From Gemmataceae bacterium (GTDB lineage: Bacteria > Planctomycetota > Planctomycetia > Gemmatales > Gemmataceae), in the NCBI GenBank assembly GCA_046350195.1, contig JAXMAW010000028.1, positions 25,490 through 89,489 on the forward strand: a DNA stretch of 64,000 bases, given 5' to 3'. The position numbers were made by a program, and so were the translations under genes. The stretch's first letter is position 1; every line of letters begins with the position of its first letter. Below, piece by piece: positions 37,891-47,074 of this stretch. The notes below the pieces were generated by a model that worked only from the letters and a program-made list of their open reading frames with translations, ran no database searches and had not been told where the DNA came from.

Positions 37891-40290
37891 GTCCCGGCCC
37901 TCTCCAGTTCCGCGTCGCACCCCTTGCTCGTCGGCCTCCCGTCCCATCTCGCCGGCCATCAGCCGGCTCGGGGCGTCAGATTGTATCACGGACCGACGGC
38001 AGGCAGCAACGAAACGGGGGGCTCCGTTCGGAACCCCCCGCCTCGGCCCTCTCGCAGTTTGATGGTCAAGCCGTCGCCGGTGCCAACTCTGACTTCTCGT
38101 CCGTCTCGGCGGCGACGGCCGCGCGGCCGCGTCAGCAGCGCCCGCCAGGTACAGCACCGCGACCAGAAGCAGCAGCGCCTTGATGCCGGTGGCGAACGTC
38201 ACCGTCTGCACCAACGCGCCGGCCAATGAGCCGAGCAGGTTCGCTCCCAGGGCGACGTCCTTCCGCTCCACGTCGGCGAACGAGCGGATGAAGACCAGGC
38301 CGCTGAAGAACATCGGCAATGCCGTCAGCAACCCGACCAGCAGCGCCTTGGAGAAGTACGGCAGAAACGCCAGGCTCGACAGGTCGAAGAAGTACAGCCC
38401 CAGGCACGAGCCGATCAGGCACGCCCCGACCAGGCCCATCGGCAACCGCGGCCAGGTCGCCCCGACCAGGTTGGACAGCAGGATCATGCACAAGACGCCG
38501 GAGACGATCACCCCGTTGACCTGCCAGGTGTTGCCCAGCACCACCGAGGCCTTGCTGATGTTCTGCACCTCCAGCAGCATGAACGCCGCCCCCATGAAGA
38601 AGAAGTGCCACAGCGAGCGGTCCCAGCGGGCCGGCGACAGCGCCGGCGCCTGCAGGCGGTAGGCGGCGTAGGCCACCAGCGCCCCCAGCAGGATGCCGAG
38701 CATGACGTACAGCGTCGGGATGCGGGCCGACTCGAGGTAGACGTAGGGCCAGTCGTCGGTCGTCACCCGGGTCGTGTGCGGGAAGCTCAAGGGCGACTCG
38801 GCCTGCCACCGGGCGACCTGCTCGGCCAGCCGACTGTTGTTGGCCAGCGTCCCCTTCACCACCGACTCGTCACCGGTGATGAACAGCACGCCGCCCCAAC
38901 CGCTGCCGGTGGACTTGATGCGGAACGCCACCGGCTGCCAGCCGAACACCTCGGTCAGCGCCCGCGACATGCGGTCGGCGATGAACGGCTTGGCCGCCTC
39001 GAAGCTGAGCACGACCACCCCGTTCTCCTTCAGCAGCGAGCGGACGTGCTGCAAGCTCTCCTTGGTGTAGACGTAGTGGTCCAGCCGGGCGTTGGTCATC
39101 GCCGTCGTCGTGTGCGAGTCCAGCAGGCCGAACACGATCAGGTCGTAGCGCTCGTCGGTCGTGGCGAAGTGCGACCGGGCGTCATCGACGACGACCCGGA
39201 CGCGCGGGTCGTCGTACGGCTTCTCGGGGTGGCGCTGCCGACCCATGCCGACGATGGCCGGGTCGATCTCGACGGCCGTCACGCTCTGGGCCCCGCCGCG
39301 GAGGACGCCGGCCACGTCGTTGCCCGAGCCGGCCCCGACGCACAGCGCCTTGCCCGGCCGGGGCTGGAACAACGTCGGCACGTCGTACTGGCTCAGTCCG
39401 TACTGCTCCTTGGGGACGCGCGGGTTGTCCGCCAGGCTGTCCGGCCGCAGGTCGATGATCCCCTGGTAGCCGGCGTTGTTCACCGTGATGATGTACTGGC
39501 CGGGGAACTCCCGGTTGTCGTTGCGGAGGTTGAACAGGGCCAGCTTCTGGTACGGCGACCAGGTGACCCCCTCCGACCCCGGCTCGTAGCCGGCGACGAA
39601 GCAGCCGACCACGATCGCCCCCAGCAGGCCGATGTCGCCCCAGCGCTGCGGCCCCTTGAGGACGAACGGCATCAGCAGCACGGCGCAGACGGCCGCCCAG
39701 AGGCCCGGCGGGAAGTACAGCGCGCTGGCCAGCGCGAACAGCAGGATGCCGACCAGGCTGCCGGCCACGTTGACCGAGTAGGCCTGGATCGTCCGCGGGT
39801 GGTCGTCCATCAGCCGGCCGAGGATTCGGCCAAGCGGCACGAAGATCTCCCACAACAGCAGCATCAGGACGAAGGCCAGCAGCAGCCCCAGGCTCACCTT
39901 GAAGACGGCCTCGCCGGTGCTGCTCGCCCCCTCCTGAGCCCAGACGACCAGGTCGCTGGCGACGCCCAGCCAGTTGCCGATGTTGCCGATGGCGTGCCGG
40001 CTGAAGGGCACCGCCAGCATGGCGACGAGCGTCAACAGCGGCAGCAGCATCTGGCGCGCGGACACCGGCTGTCGGCAGGTGAAGCAGCCCATGCCCAGGC
40101 CGAGGAAGCAGACCACGAGGATGGTGTTCTGGAGGTAGGCGAAGATGCGCACCTCGGTGCCGACCCACCGGATCAGCATCATCTCCAGGAACAGCCCCAG
40201 GACGCTGACCAGAAAAATGGCCCAGAGGCGGTTCCCGGGCGTGCCCGCCCCCTCCGCCGAGGCGGGGGCGGGGTCCTGGATGTTCGACAT
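37891..40290 (-). CDS. membrane spermidine-synthase-like (polyamine aminopropyltransferase fold) protein; no stop codon before hicB, so the ORF as sequenced runs to 37588
   Basis: Start ATG 40290 (GGAGAG upstream). Multiple TM helices on both sides of a Rossmann module ALCVGAGSGNDVAGVL..AVEIDP..VVVDDAR..DLIVFGLLDSH. Confidence 0.8.
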
Positions 40291-40436
40291 GGCATCTCTC
40301 CACGGGGTGGGCGGTAGCGGTTCGCCAAACCCTAGCACGGTTCCGAGGGCGAGGCAAACCGCGGTTGCGACTATTGCGCGAATCGTGCCGCCCGTGCGAA
40401 CCCCGCGCGAGGCCGGGAACTTTCCGGTTTTTCCGG

Positions 40437-40465
40437 TTGACAACCCAGACAGGCAGTCTTACTCT
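40437..40465 (+). promoter_or_regulatory. candidate sigma70-type promoter of the blaI-like gene
   Basis: TTGACA (40437-42), 17-nt spacer, TACTCT (40460-65), about 50 nt before the ATG. Flanked by the direct repeats TTTCCGGTT x2, CTTACT x2 and CCCAGACA x2. Confidence 0.35.
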
Positions 40466-40517
40466 TACTCCCAGACACACTGTCTGCCTTTTCCCGATGA
40501 CCGGGCGAACGAGAGCC

Positions 40518-40928
40518 ATGCCAACGCCGCCGAAAGAACGCGACCGCGACGTGCCCGACGCCGAGCTGGCGGTCCTGCAAGCGCTGTGGGACGAGGGGCC
40601 GTGTACGATTCGCCAGTTAACGGATCGGTTATATCCACAGGGCTCGGACGTCTACTACGCGACCGTGCAGAAGCTGCTGGAGCGCCTGGAGGACAAGGGT
40701 CACGTCCGCCGCGACAAGTCGCAGCACGCCCACCGGTTCGAGGCGGTGACGGGGCGGGACGCGCTGATCGGCCACCGGCTGCGGACGGTCGCGGAGAAGC
40801 TGACGGGGGGGATGATGGCGCCGCTGTTGACGCACCTGGTTCGCGCCGAGTCCTTGAGCCAGGAAGAGCGCCGCGAGCTGCGCCAGCTGATCGACGAGCT
40901 GGATCGGAAGCACCACCCCAAGAAGTGA
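40518..40928 (+). CDS. BlaI/MecI/CopY-family transcriptional repressor
   Basis: LAVLQALWDEGPCTIRQLTDRLY..YYATVQKLLERLEDKGHVRR..HRFEAV. Alternative start at 40497. Confidence 0.9.
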   Translation: MPTPPKERDRDVPDAELAVLQALWDEGPCTIRQLTDRLYPQGSDVYYATVQKLLERLEDKGHVRRDKSQHAHRFEAVTGRDALIGHRLRTVAEKLTGGMMAPLLTHLVRAESLSQEERRELRQLIDELDRKHHPKK

Positions 40929-40955
40929 GCCGGCCTGGTTGAAGGAGCCGATCCC

Positions 40956-43900
40956 ATGTCCACGCTTGTGGCGCTCGGCCTGGCGAACGCGGTGTGCGCG
41001 GCGGCGTTGGCGGTGCCGGCGTTCCTGGTCGGGAGGTACGCCCGGCGGCCGGCCCTGGCCCACGCGCTGTGGCTGTTGGTGCTGCTGAAGTTGGTGACGC
41101 CACCGGTGTTCCGCCCCAACCTGGCGTGGCTCCCCGCCGACACGCCGCGGGAGGCGGCGAAGGACGTGGTGACCTTCGCGGAAGAGCCGGCGGGCTTATC
41201 CCGCCGGGGCCTGCCCGACTGCTCCAGCCCCGTGTTCGTGTCGGTCCCGACCGGCGCCCAGCCGCCCCGCGCCATGGTGGTCCGTCAGGTGACCTCGGCC
41301 GCCCCCTCGGACGTCGTCCTCGCCCCGGTGCGAGCGAGCGGGAAGGCGACGGTCCTCGTCACCGTGCCTCCGCTCGACGTGAAGCCCCTCCCGGTCGAGC
41401 GCGGTCCGCAAGCCGACCCCGCCGGCGGCCTGGCCGACCTGGCGGTCCTCGTCTGGCTGACCGGTGCCGTCCTTTTCCTGGGGCGGGCGCTGTTCTTCGC
41501 GGCCGGCTTCCACGGCCTGCTGCGGCACGGGCGAGCGGCCCCGGCCTACATCCAGCGGCAAGCCGAGGAGCTGGCCATGGAGCTGGGGATGCGCCGCTGC
41601 CCGCGCGTCTGGCTGGTGCCGGGGCCACTGCCGCCGATGGTGTGGGGCGTCTGGTCGGCGCGGCTGCTGTTCCCCGAGGGCTTGCTGACGCGGCTCAGCG
41701 AGGGGGAGCGGGCCAGCCTGCTAACGCACGAGCTGGCCCACGTCCGCCGCCGGGACCACTGGGTCCGGCTGCTGGAGCTGGCCTGCGTGACTCTGTTCTG
41801 GTGGTTCCCGCTGGTGTGGTGGGCGCGGAAGCAGTTGCAGGCGCGCGAGGAGGAGTGCTGCGACGCCTGGGCCGCCGGCGCGGTGGCCCCGCGGGTCTAC
41901 GCCACGGCGATCCTGGAAGCGGTGGACTTCCTCGCCGAGGCCCGGCCGCGCCTGCCGGCGATGGCCAGCGCGCTGGACAGCAAGGGGGCGCTGAGGGAGA
42001 GACTGACGCTCATCCTGACGGCGCCGGCCCCGCGCCGGCTCGGCTGGCCGGCGCGCCTCGCCGTCGCCGCCCTCGCCGCCGCGGCGCTGCCGCTGGTGCC
42101 GACGCTGGTGCGGACCGAGGCGGCCGCCCCGCCCGTGGGGATAACAGACAATCGCGATCCGGAAGCGACGTCGTTCACCGTGTCCGCCACCGACTTCCTC
42201 GCCCCGCTGCGGGCGAAGCTCGGCGCCAGGCTGGCGGCGGTCGGGATGGCGGTCTCGCCTGACGGCAAAACATTGGCCGTAGGTGAAGAGGGCGGTCAGA
42301 TCCGGCTGCTCGACCCTCGCAGCGGCGGCCTGCTGCGGACGCTGAAGGGTCACGACGACGCCGTCACGACGCTGGCGTTCTCGCGCGACGGCAAGCGGCT
42401 GGCCACCAGCGGCCCGGACACGACGGTCAAGGTCTGGCGGGTCGCCGACGGCCAGCTGGCCCGGTCGCTGAAGGGCCCCGGCAGCTGGGTGTACACCCTG
42501 GCGTTCTCGCGCGACGGCAAGCGGCTCGCCTCGGGGTCGTACGACCGCTCCATCCACGTCTGGCCGCTCGACGGCGGCGAGGCCAAGGTGCTCGACGGCC
42601 ACCGCGCCTCGGTGCGGGCGCTGGTGTTCGGCCGCGACGACAGGACGCTGATCTCCGGCGGCACCGACCGGGCGATCCGCGTCTGGGACCTGGCGACGGG
42701 CCAGGGCAAGACGATCTCGAAGGACCACGAGGGCGACGTCCGCGGCCTGACCCTGCTGGGCGACGGCAGGTCGCTGATCTCCGCCGGCGGCGACGGCTAC
42801 CTGCGCCTCTACGACCTGGCGGCGATGAAGGAGACGAAGAGCGTCAAGGCCGCCCCGGAGGGGCAGATCATCTCGCTGACGCTGTCGCTCGGCGAGCGGA
42901 ACCTGGCCGTCGGCACCGAAGGCGGCTCGGTGATGCTGTACGACCCGGAGAAGTTGGTCCTGCGCACGACCCAGGCGTCGGTGCATCAGGGCGGGGCGCT
43001 GGCGCTGGGCTTCCTGCCGGGCGGGACGCGGATGTTCTCGCTGGGCGGCGACCACTCGCTGAAGGCGTGGGAGGGCGAGCCGGGCCCGCTGCGGCTGCTG
43101 GTCGGGCACAAGGGGCCGGTGCGGCACGCGGTTTACTCCCCGGACGGCCGGTGGGTCCTCTCCGGTGGCGGCTGGCCCGAGGGCGACGGGACTCTACGGC
43201 TGTGGGACGCGACCACGGGGCGACTGATTCGCGACGTCGTCACCAGCCAGAAACAGGTCTTCGCCCTCGCCTGGGCACCAGACGGCAGGCATGCCGTGAT
43301 CGGCCAGGAAGACGGGGCGGTGCAGATGTGGGACGTGACCGCGCCCAGGCTGGTGCGCGACTACAAGGGCCACACCGAACAGGTGCCTTTCCTGAGTCTG
43401 TCGCCGGACGGCAAGCACCTCGTAACCGGCAGCCACGATAAGACGGTCAAGGTGTGGAACGTCGAGACCGGCGCCGTGGAGCGGACGCTGTCGGGGCACA
43501 CGGGGCCTGTGCGGGCCGTGGCCTTCCACGCCGACGGCAAGCGGGTCATTTCCGGTTCGTGGGACAAGACGGTTCGCGTGTGGGACGGCGGGTCCGGCAG
43601 AGAGTTGGCCAGCGTCCCCTTCGCCGACGCCAAGGTCGAGCGCGTCGCGCTGCTGCCCGACGGCAAGCGCGTGCTGGTCGTCGGCGAGTCGGTGGCGCGC
43701 CTCTACGACCTGGAGACCGGCGGCGCGGTGCGCGAGTTCGGCCCGGTCTCGAACGGGGCGATTGGCCTGGACGTCTCGCCCGACGGCCGGCGGGCGTTGA
43801 CGTGCGGGTATGACGGCGCGGCCCGACTGTGGGACGTCGAGACGGGGGCAGAGTTGAGGCGGTTCGCCGGCCACCGGGGCACGGTGTGGAGCGTGCGGTT

Positions 43901-44018
43901 CTCGCCCGACGGCAAGACGGTGTTGACTTCCGGCGGCGGGGCGTGGGTTGGGGGCAAGCCGGTCAAGGGCGACGACTTTGCAATCCGCGTGTGGCGGCTG
44001 CCGACGGCGATGAATTAG
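40956..44018 (+). CDS. BlaR1-type M56 peptidase sensor fused to 14 WD40 repeats
   Basis: TM helices. HExxH in LLTHELAHVRRRDHW, then EEECCDAWAA. 14 units ending in V(K/R)VW / LRLW / LRLY-type strands, consistent with two 7-bladed propellers. Confidence 0.9.
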   Translation: MSTLVALGLANAVCAAALAVPAFLVGRYARRPALAHALWLLVLLKLVTPPVFRPNLAWLPADTPREAAKDVVTFAEEPAGLSRRGLPDCSSPVFVSVPTGAQPPRAMVVRQVTSAAPSDVVLAPVRASGKATVLVTVPPLDVKPLPVERGPQADPAGGLADLAVLVWLTGAVLFLGRALFFAAGFHGLLRHGRAAPAYIQRQAEELAMELGMRRCPRVWLVPGPLPPMVWGVWSARLLFPEGLLTRLSEGERASLLTHELAHVRRRDHWVRLLELACVTLFWWFPLVWWARKQLQAREEECCDAWAAGAVAPRVYATAILEAVDFLAEARPRLPAMASALDSKGALRERLTLILTAPAPRRLGWPARLAVAALAAAALPLVPTLVRTEAAAPPVGITDNRDPEATSFTVSATDFLAPLRAKLGARLAAVGMAVSPDGKTLAVGEEGGQIRLLDPRSGGLLRTLKGHDDAVTTLAFSRDGKRLATSGPDTTVKVWRVADGQLARSLKGPGSWVYTLAFSRDGKRLASGSYDRSIHVWPLDGGEAKVLDGHRASVRALVFGRDDRTLISGGTDRAIRVWDLATGQGKTISKDHEGDVRGLTLLGDGRSLISAGGDGYLRLYDLAAMKETKSVKAAPEGQIISLTLSLGERNLAVGTEGGSVMLYDPEKLVLRTTQASVHQGGALALGFLPGGTRMFSLGGDHSLKAWEGEPGPLRLLVGHKGPVRHAVYSPDGRWVLSGGGWPEGDGTLRLWDATTGRLIRDVVTSQKQVFALAWAPDGRHAVIGQEDGAVQMWDVTAPRLVRDYKGHTEQVPFLSLSPDGKHLVTGSHDKTVKVWNVETGAVERTLSGHTGPVRAVAFHADGKRVISGSWDKTVRVWDGGSGRELASVPFADAKVERVALLPDGKRVLVVGESVARLYDLETGGAVREFGPVSNGAIGLDVSPDGRRALTCGYDGAARLWDVETGAELRRFAGHRGTVWSVRFSPDGKTVLTSGGGAWVGGKPVKGDDFAIRVWRLPTAMN

Positions 44019-44039
44019 TCCGCAAAGGAGACCCGATTT

Positions 44040-45635
44040 ATGAACATCTCACGCTCGTGGGCCGTGCTGGCCTGCGCGCTGGCGGCGCTGCCTTGCCCGG
44101 CGGCCGACCGCTACGCCGGGGCCGACGCCCTGGCCCGGCGCATCGACGACCGGCTGGCGTCGGCCTGGAAGCAGGCCGGCGTGCCGCCCGCCGCCGACGC
44201 CGACGACAGCGAGTGGCTGCGCCGCGTCTACCTCGACCTGGCCGGCCGCATCCCGTCGGTCACCGAGGCGCGGGCGTTCCTCGCCGACCGGCGCGAGGAC
44301 CGCCGCCGGCTGCTCGTCGAGAGGCTGCTCGGCGGCCCGCGCTTCGCCACCCACTTCGCGACGGTGTGGCGCAACTTGCTCTTGCCGGAGGGCAACGTCA
44401 ACTTCCAGGTGCGCTTCTCGCTGCCGGGCTTCGAGAAGTGGCTGCGCGACTGGGTCGTCTCCGGGCGCGGCTACGACGCCATGGTGACTGAGCTGCTGAC
44501 CACGGCCATCCGGCCCGGGGGCGGGGCCTTGCAGATCGGCGGCGCGCCCGGGCCGGCCCCCTTCTACTCCGCCAAGGAGTTCAAGCCGGAGGAGATCGCC
44601 GGCGCGGTCGCGCGGACGTTCCTCGGCGTCAACCTGTCCTGCGCCCAGTGCCACAACCACCCGTTCGCCGACTGGAAGCGCGAGCAGTTCTGGAGCTTCG
44701 CCGCGTTCTTCTCCGGCATCAAGGTGCAGCGGCGCGGCGACTTCGTCACCGCCGAGGCCGAGAAGGCCGACAGCCACGAGATCGAGATCCCCGGCACCGA
44801 CAAGGTGGTGAAGGCGAAGTACCTGAACGGCCAGCAGGCCGAGGTCGCCAAGGGGGCGAAGGCGCGGGAGGTGCTGGCGAGGTGGATGACGGCCAAGGAC
44901 AACCCGTACTTCGCCCGGGCGATCGTCAACCGGATGTGGGCCCACTTCTTCGGCACCGGGCTGGTCGAGCCGCTGGACGAGATGACCGGCACCGAGTCGC
45001 AGCCGAGCCACCCCGCCCTCCTCGACGAGTTGGCGGCGGGGTTCGTCGGGCACGGCCACGACCTGCGCTGGCTGATGCGGGCGATCACATCGACGAAGGC
45101 GTACCAGCTGTCGAGCCGGCGGTCGCACCCCGGCCAGGACGACGGCAAGCTGTTCGCCAAGATGGCGCTGCGCGGCCTGACGCCGGAGCAGCTGTACGAC
45201 AGCGTGGCGATGGCGACGGGCTTCCAGGAGGCGGCGCGCGGCGGCGGGTTCTACGACGCCGGCGGGGCGCGGAGCGAGTTCCTGACCAAGTTCGCCAACG
45301 GGGCCGACCGGCCGACCGAGACGCAGACGTCGATCCTGCAAGCGCTGACGCTGATGAACGGCCGCGTCGTGACCAGCGCGACCGACCTGAAACGGAGTGA
45401 GACGCTGGCCGCCGTGATCGACGCCCCGTTCCTGGACACGGCGGCGAAGGTCGAGGCGCTGTACCTGGCGGCGCTGACGCGGACGCCGACGGCCAAGGAG
45501 GTCAGCCGGATGGCCGCCTACGTGGAGAAGGGCGGCACGGCGCAGACGGGTAAGAAGCAAGAGCGCCGGGCCGAGGCGCTGGCGGACGTGTTCTGGGTGC
45601 TGCTCAACAGCGGCGAGTTCGTGCTGAACCATTGA
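44040..45635 (+). CDS. DUF1549/DUF1553 (PSD1-type) protein
   Basis: Signal peptide. DDSEWLRRVYLDLAGRIPSVTEARAFLAD (DUF1549). CAQCHNHPFADWKREQFWSFAAFF. C-terminal VFWVLLNSGEFVLNH (DUF1553). Confidence 0.9.
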   Translation: MNISRSWAVLACALAALPCPAADRYAGADALARRIDDRLASAWKQAGVPPAADADDSEWLRRVYLDLAGRIPSVTEARAFLADRREDRRRLLVERLLGGPRFATHFATVWRNLLLPEGNVNFQVRFSLPGFEKWLRDWVVSGRGYDAMVTELLTTAIRPGGGALQIGGAPGPAPFYSAKEFKPEEIAGAVARTFLGVNLSCAQCHNHPFADWKREQFWSFAAFFSGIKVQRRGDFVTAEAEKADSHEIEIPGTDKVVKAKYLNGQQAEVAKGAKAREVLARWMTAKDNPYFARAIVNRMWAHFFGTGLVEPLDEMTGTESQPSHPALLDELAAGFVGHGHDLRWLMRAITSTKAYQLSSRRSHPGQDDGKLFAKMALRGLTPEQLYDSVAMATGFQEAARGGGFYDAGGARSEFLTKFANGADRPTETQTSILQALTLMNGRVVTSATDLKRSETLAAVIDAPFLDTAAKVEALYLAALTRTPTAKEVSRMAAYVEKGGTAQTGKKQERRAEALADVFWVLLNSGEFVLNH

Positions 45636-45639
45636 CTCA

Positions 45640-45715
45640 CAGCTGTCAGCTATCAGCTGTCAGCCATCAGCCAGAGGGTTCTTGCTGATAGCTGACAGCT
45701 GATAGCTGACAGCTG
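45640..45715. repeat. 32-bp-stem hexamer-periodic hairpin between the DUF1549/1553 and DUF1501 genes
   Basis: CAGCTGTCAGCTATCAGCTGTCAGCCATCAGC (45640-71), loop CAGAGGGTTCTT, GCTGATAGCTGACAGCTGATAGCTGACAGCTG (45684-715). One mismatch. Confidence 0.9.
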
Positions 45716-45730
45716 ACAAGGAGACCTCGG

Positions 45731-47074
45731 ATGTCCACAACTCATTTCTCGCGCCGCGACTGGCTCAAGCTCGCCTCCGCCGGCGCCCTCGCCCCGTGCG
45801 TGTCCGGCTGGCTCGAGCCGCTCGCCCGCGCCGCCGCGCCCAACCCGGCCCGCAAGCGCGCCTGCATCCTGCTGTGGATGAACGGCGGCCCGTCGCAGAT
45901 GGACACGTTCGACCTGAAGCCCGGCCACAAGAACGGCGGGCCGTTCAAGGAGGTCGCCACCGCCGTCCCCGGCGTCAAGATCAGCGAGCACCTGCCGCTG
46001 CTCGCCAAGCAGGCGAAGCGGCTGGCGATCGTCCGCTCGATGTCCACCAAGGAGGCCGACCACGGCCGCGCGACTTACCTGATGCGGACCGGCCGCGCCC
46101 CCGGCGGGCCGATCCAGTACCCGGCGCTCGGCTCGCTCATCGGCAAGGAACTGGAGCCCAAGGACGCCGAGCTGCCTAGCTTCGTGAGCATCGCCCCGCA
46201 GCGGTTCCTCAGCTCGGCGGCGTACTCGTCGGGCTTCCTCGGCCCGCGCTACGCCCCGCTCATCGTCGGTGAGGGCGGCGGCGGGGTCGTCGTTGCCCAG
46301 CCCCAAAGCGACGCCTCGCGGTCGCTGCGCGTGCAGGACCTCGACCTGCCCAGGGGCGTGAGCCTCAAGCGCAACGGCGCCCGGCTGGAGATGCTCGACG
46401 AGATGGAGCAGGACTTCCTCGCCGACCGCTCCGGCCTGCCGTCGGTCAGCCACCGCACCGCCTACCACCGCGCCGTCGCCATGATGCGCTCGCCGGCGGT
46501 CAAGGCGTTTGACCTCGACGACGAGCCGGCCAAGCTGCGCGACGCCTACGGCCGGAACCTGTTCGGCCAGGGCTGCCTGCTGGCTCGCCGGCTCATCGAG
46601 CGTGGCGTGCCGTTCGTCGAGGTGACGCTGTCCAACGTCCCCGGCGCCTTCGGCTGGGACACGCACCAGAACAACTTCTCGATGGTCCAGGCGCTGTCGA
46701 AGGTGCTCGACCCGGGCTTCAGCACGCTGCTCGACGACCTGGCCGACAAGGGCCTGCTCGACACGACCACCGTCGTGTGGATGGGCGAGTTCGGCCGCAC
46801 TCCGCTGATCAACGGCGGCAACGGCCGCGACCACTGGGCCGTGTCGTGGTCCACGGTGCTGGCCGGCGGCGGCATCAAGGGCGGGCTGGCCCACGGCAAG
46901 ACGTCGGCCGACGGCATGGAGGTCAAGGAGAACCCCGTCAGCGTGCCCGACTTCCTGGCGACCGTCGGCCAGGCGCTGGGCCTGGACATCACCAAGCAGA
47001 ACCCGTCGAACGTCGGCCGGCCGATCCGCTTCGTCGATCCCGGCGCCAAGCCGATCAAGGAGGTGCTCGCATGA
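45731..47074 (+). CDS. DUF1501 domain protein (Tat signal)
   Basis: FSRRDWLKLASAGALA, CILLWMNGGPSQMDTFDLKPG, GEFGRTPLINGGNGRDHW. Confidence 0.92.
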   Translation: MSTTHFSRRDWLKLASAGALAPCVSGWLEPLARAAAPNPARKRACILLWMNGGPSQMDTFDLKPGHKNGGPFKEVATAVPGVKISEHLPLLAKQAKRLAIVRSMSTKEADHGRATYLMRTGRAPGGPIQYPALGSLIGKELEPKDAELPSFVSIAPQRFLSSAAYSSGFLGPRYAPLIVGEGGGGVVVAQPQSDASRSLRVQDLDLPRGVSLKRNGARLEMLDEMEQDFLADRSGLPSVSHRTAYHRAVAMMRSPAVKAFDLDDEPAKLRDAYGRNLFGQGCLLARRLIERGVPFVEVTLSNVPGAFGWDTHQNNFSMVQALSKVLDPGFSTLLDDLADKGLLDTTTVVWMGEFGRTPLINGGNGRDHWAVSWSTVLAGGGIKGGLAHGKTSADGMEVKENPVSVPDFLATVGQALGLDITKQNPSNVGRPIRFVDPGAKPIKEVLA

